A stretch of DNA of 64,000 nt from Rhizaria sp. SCN 62-66 (lineage: Eukaryota): positions 62,001 through 126,000 of the forward strand of contig MEDY01000003.1 in the NCBI GenBank assembly GCA_001724265.1, given 5' to 3'. The position numbers and the translations under genes were made by a program. Position 1 is the first letter of the stretch. Every line of letters begins with the position of its first letter. This document shows positions 60,728-64,000 of the stretch, in pieces. The notes under the pieces are model-generated. The model was given only the letters and a program-made list of their open reading frames with translations. It was not told the origin of the DNA and did no database searches.

Positions 60728-61183
60728 TTACGGGATGATGGGGCGCGGGGGGTTCTTGATAAAGTCGAGGGGGAAGGGGACGTTGCGGCCGAACATGTTG
60801 CCGCCGGGCAGGCGTTGCACTGCGCACAAGAGAGCGAGACAGGGTGATAACAAGAGAGCAAAATAGAGGGAAAGTGAGCGATGACGAGAGGCGAGCGCGG
60901 GAGACGTAAGAGATGGGCTAAAACCGGTGTCAAAGAGGAGGGGAAAGGACGTACCGCGGTAGGGCTCGCCGGAGAGAGTACGGAGAGCGTACTCCTCGGC
61001 CTCGCGAACAGCGAGCTCGATCTGTCCGGGGTCCTGAAGGTCGCGCTTGGCCTCGAAGGCATCGCGGGCCTCGCCACACTTCTCGGCGTAGCGGTGGCGG
61101 CTGCAGTGGAACCAGTCGAAGTAGTTCTTAAGGATGCGGCGGTACACCGTCTTCACACGAGCAGCATGCGGGGTGACCGACAT
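60728..61183 (-). CDS. NDUFB9: Complex I LYR-family subunit, NDUFB9/B22-like, 106 aa; exons 61183-60955 and 60819-60728
   Basis: VKTVYRRILK (LYR-like), W, ARDAFE, EPYR and PGGNMFGRN motifs. Phase-1 intron G|GTACGT...GCGCAG|TG. Ends TAA. Confidence 0.82.
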   Translation of the reverse strand: MSVTPHAARVKTVYRRILKNYFDWFHCSRHRYAEKCGEARDAFEAKRDLQDPGQIELAVREAEEYALRTLSGEPYRGTSFPLLFDTGFSPSLTSPALASRHRSLSLYFALLLSPCLALLCAVQRLPGGNMFGRNVPFPLDFIKNPPRPIIP

Positions 61184-61804
61184 TGCGCGCTAGAAACAAT
61201 AATGAACGAGGAGATACAAAAACGGGAAGGAAGCGGAAGCGGGCGTGAGCAAGTTGTTCGTCGGTCAGTCGCTTTTCGCATTCGAGCAAAACGGAGTCTC
61301 TAGCACGGCAGACTTGGCGTTGATCGTCATGAAAGTAAATAAAATAGTATCAATATGATGTATATCATCCATAAATGTATATTGCAATCTCACATGAGCA
61401 CAACTGCGCGCGCTATACCTCCGCCAATCCGCCAACGAGAAAATGACCAATTTCCCGTCCCCGACTTTTTGCGAACCTCGCCTGATCGCCGCCCACAGTC
61501 AGTCAGCAACTTCGTATCATCACTTTCAAGAGCACATAACAGCGTAAACTTAGCTCTAAGAGATACAAAGGGATATTTTTGAGTTGTGATATGATGCGTG
61601 TTTTATTGTTTTTAAGTTTTATTAATGATGCGTTCGTGTTGTTCATAAGTATCTGTGTAATTACGTTTTTGCTGAAGCAGTGTCGTGCTATCATTTGTGT
61701 GTGTTTGCGTGTGTTTAAGTAAGCCAAAAACCATTATCAATCATCTATCCTTCCATTCATCCGCTCTCCTTTTCGCTTCACTGTTCGTGCGTGCATAGAC
61801 GCAA

Positions 61805-63082
61805 TCAGTGGAGCTTGGGGAGCGCGCCGTCGGCACGGTACTCGCCGACGACGACGGCGTGGCCACGCTCGTAGGGCTCCAGAGTCACGTACTCTTCAGG
61901 CTTGAAGCCGTAGCCCTGGAGCTTCTTGATCTCGGCAGAGAAGACGGCCTCAGCAGGCGCGGTCGAGTCGATACACGACGCCTTGATCGAGATGACGCAC
62001 TTGCCGTTGTTCTTGAGGAAGTACTGCGAGTTGTAGGCGACGATACGCGCCTGGTCGGGCTGCGCCACGTCGGCGAACACAACGTCGACCATGCCGACGA
62101 GCATGCGGTAGTTGAGCGGGAGACGCGCGTCGTCGACAATGGGGATGATGTTGGGGCGGCGCTTGGCCATGGTCACGAGGTCGCGGCCGGGGCGCAGCGA
62201 GCGCTCGACGGCGTAGACCATGCCCTCGGGGCCGACAAGGTCGGAGACGTGCGAGACGGTGGTACCGGAGGCGGCGCCGATGTACAGCACCTTGGATCCG
62301 GGCTTGATGTAGATGTTCTCGACACCGTTGGCGACGGCGGCAGACAGCTTAGAGCGGAAAGGGTTCCACATGCGGTACTCGATCTTGCCCTCGTCCGTCT
62401 CCACGGCCACGCGCTTCTCGCCGTAGACGCCCGTGCCGGGGTCCATGGAGCGGGTCGCGAGACCGTCGTCCTTGCCACCGGAGAGGATGAACACGCCATC
62501 CAGACGGTGACGCTGGACAGTGTACTTAGAGCCACCGGCGCGCTTGGGGGCACCGCCGCGACCGCCACGGCCACCGGCACCGCCGCGGCCACCGCGACCG
62601 CCAGCACCGCCGCGGCCACCAGCGCCGCCACGGCCGCCGCCGAAACCACCGGCAGCGCCACCACGGCCACCGCCAAAGCCTGCGGAAAGCGGGGGAGTGC
62701 GCGCGGAGGGGCAAGAGAGAGGGAAAAAGAGAGGAGAAGCAACAGAGGAGCGAAGGAGTGGGGCAGGAGAAGGTGAGAGTCGGTGGGCGTTTGGTGTCGT
62801 TCGAAGCCACCACGGGCAAGTGGGAAGTTTCGAGGGATAATGCATGCGGGATCGCATGGGAGTTGTTTCAGAAGTAGATTAACTCGAATGGTTTTTCATG
62901 TAAAGTGTGATATGCGATCAGAACGCGATGAACGGGTCGAAAGAGAGGCACGGCTGTCGCCACGCATAAAAAGTGGGCGAGGACTGAGGGAAAAAGGAAT
63001 GCATGAGATACGTACCACCACGACCGCCACGAGGAGCGGCACCACCACGGAAGCCACCACCACGACCACCACGACTGCTCAT
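61805..63082 (-). CDS. FBL: Fibrillarin (NOP1), rRNA 2'-O-methyltransferase, 313 aa; exons 63082-63016 and 62679-61805
   Basis: RGG/GAR N-terminus ([10 protein letters not shown]), [55 protein letters not shown]. Phase-1 intron G|GTACGT...CCGCAG|GC. Ends TGA. Confidence 0.96.
62680..63015 (-). other. Fibrillarin intron (336 nt), the longest intron in the window
   Basis: GTACGT donor, long pyrimidine tract and CCGCAG acceptor; phase matches both flanking GAR exons. Confidence 0.88.
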
Positions 63083-63471
63083 TTTACTGTCAGTGTGATA
63101 CTATGTTCGAACAAAGAGTTCTAGTCAATATCCGCAAGCTCACCTGCCAGCCCCAGAAGCCCCACTCGGTCGGTCGGGCTCGGTCGGCCGAGTCTGACCG
63201 AGGACTGACAAAGTTAGGCCGGACGGATTTTTTCGACCGCCTGACCGGCGAGCGAGCCGTCCGACTGCAAGCCAAGTGAGATTTGAAAAAGACACCTCTG
63301 CCCTGACATATATAATCTGTCATTCGCACTTCACGCGATTTTGCCGAATAGCATATCTTTTTAAATCTCTGCCTTATTATTCATTTTGCTTACAAACACG
63401 TTTGATCACTGGACTCCGTCGTCTTCGATTGCCCTCTTGTGCTCTATGGCCAACAGCTCTCGCTCGCCCCT
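63083..63471. promoter_or_regulatory. Divergent intergenic region between fibrillarin and the ankyrin gene
   Basis: 389-nt gap between head-to-head genes containing repeated CGGTCGG/CCGA inverted motifs. Confidence 0.5.
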
Positions 63472-64000
63472 ATGTCGGGCCCCAGTCCCGACCAATGTCG
63501 CTTCGTCGAAGCGGCCTTTGAGGGTGGTACGTTCCATGTTTATCTTCTACCTTATACCCATGCAGCAACTGTATCCGCTCTCATATTGCCCTTTATAAGC
63601 CTGCTCACTTTACTCTTACTTTCCCCTGCGCTCTGTTGTACAAACAACAGACCTCAAGACGCTGCAGATGCTGATGCCTGTCGTGACGATTAACGGCATC
63701 GACTCCAACTCTGATACCGCACTTATCGCCGCCGCCATTGCGCGTCGCGCCGACATTGTCCGTTACTTGGTCGACAACCGCGCGTCGGTCAACTACCGCA
63801 ACAAGTTCGGCCACACCGCTTTGCTGTGGGCCACGTCGGCACAGGACAAGCCCATCGTGTCGTACCTGCTGCACGTCGGCGCCAACCCCAACGTCTTCGA
63901 CGAGGACAAGATTACGCCGCTGCACCTCGCCGTGCGCGCGGGCGACACGGACCTCGTCAAGGAGCTCCTCGCGGCCGGCGCGAACCCTGACCCGCAGGAC
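63472..64000 (+). CDS. Ankyrin-repeat protein, 3'-truncated; exons 63472-63526 and 63651->64000
   Basis: MSGPSPDQCRFVEAAFEG|DLKTLQML..., then repeats DTALIAAAIARRADIVRYLVDNRASVN, GHTALLWATSAQDKPIVSYLLHVGANPN, ITPLHLAVRAGDTDLVKELLAAGANPD. Phase-1 intron G|GTACGT...CAACAG|AC. Confidence 0.88.

Noticed and set aside
62560-62680. Short GC-rich direct repeats resembling a repeat array
   Set aside because: They encode the RGG/GAR domain of fibrillarin; no CRISPR-like repeat-spacer structure.

Overview
Gene-dense nuclear DNA from a flagellated, GC-rich microbial eukaryote. Evidence: short AT-rich GT-AG introns (donors mostly GTACG), an axonemal dynein, fibrillarin, VPS28, TFIP11 and a complex I LYR subunit. 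I can build 11 gene models: a giant >=6,944-aa unknown protein (minus strand, runs off the left edge, mostly missed by the ORF track), a DNAH1-type inner-arm dynein heavy chain (5,145 aa, one exon), an ALDH8A1-like dehydrogenase, a 9-exon EF-hand protein, TFIP11/Ntr1, a coiled-coil protein, a long kinesin, VPS28, NDUFB9, fibrillarin and a partial ankyrin-repeat gene. The most notable signals concern decoding and RNA processing. (1) Two genes contain in-frame TAG codons that look like sense codons, one inside an EF-hand-like motif at codon 87 of 1,046, and the eight genes with an unambiguous end all stop at TAA or TGA. (2) VPS28 has no plausible ATG and appears to start at a GTG. (3) Most start codons lie just downstream of a splice-acceptor-like polypyrimidine+YAG, suggesting 5'UTR introns or spliced-leader trans-splicing. 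(4) The fibrillarin intron holds a structured, possibly snoRNA-like element. No tRNA, rRNA, mobile element or CRISPR array was recognised. All gene models were assembled by eye without transcript or database support.
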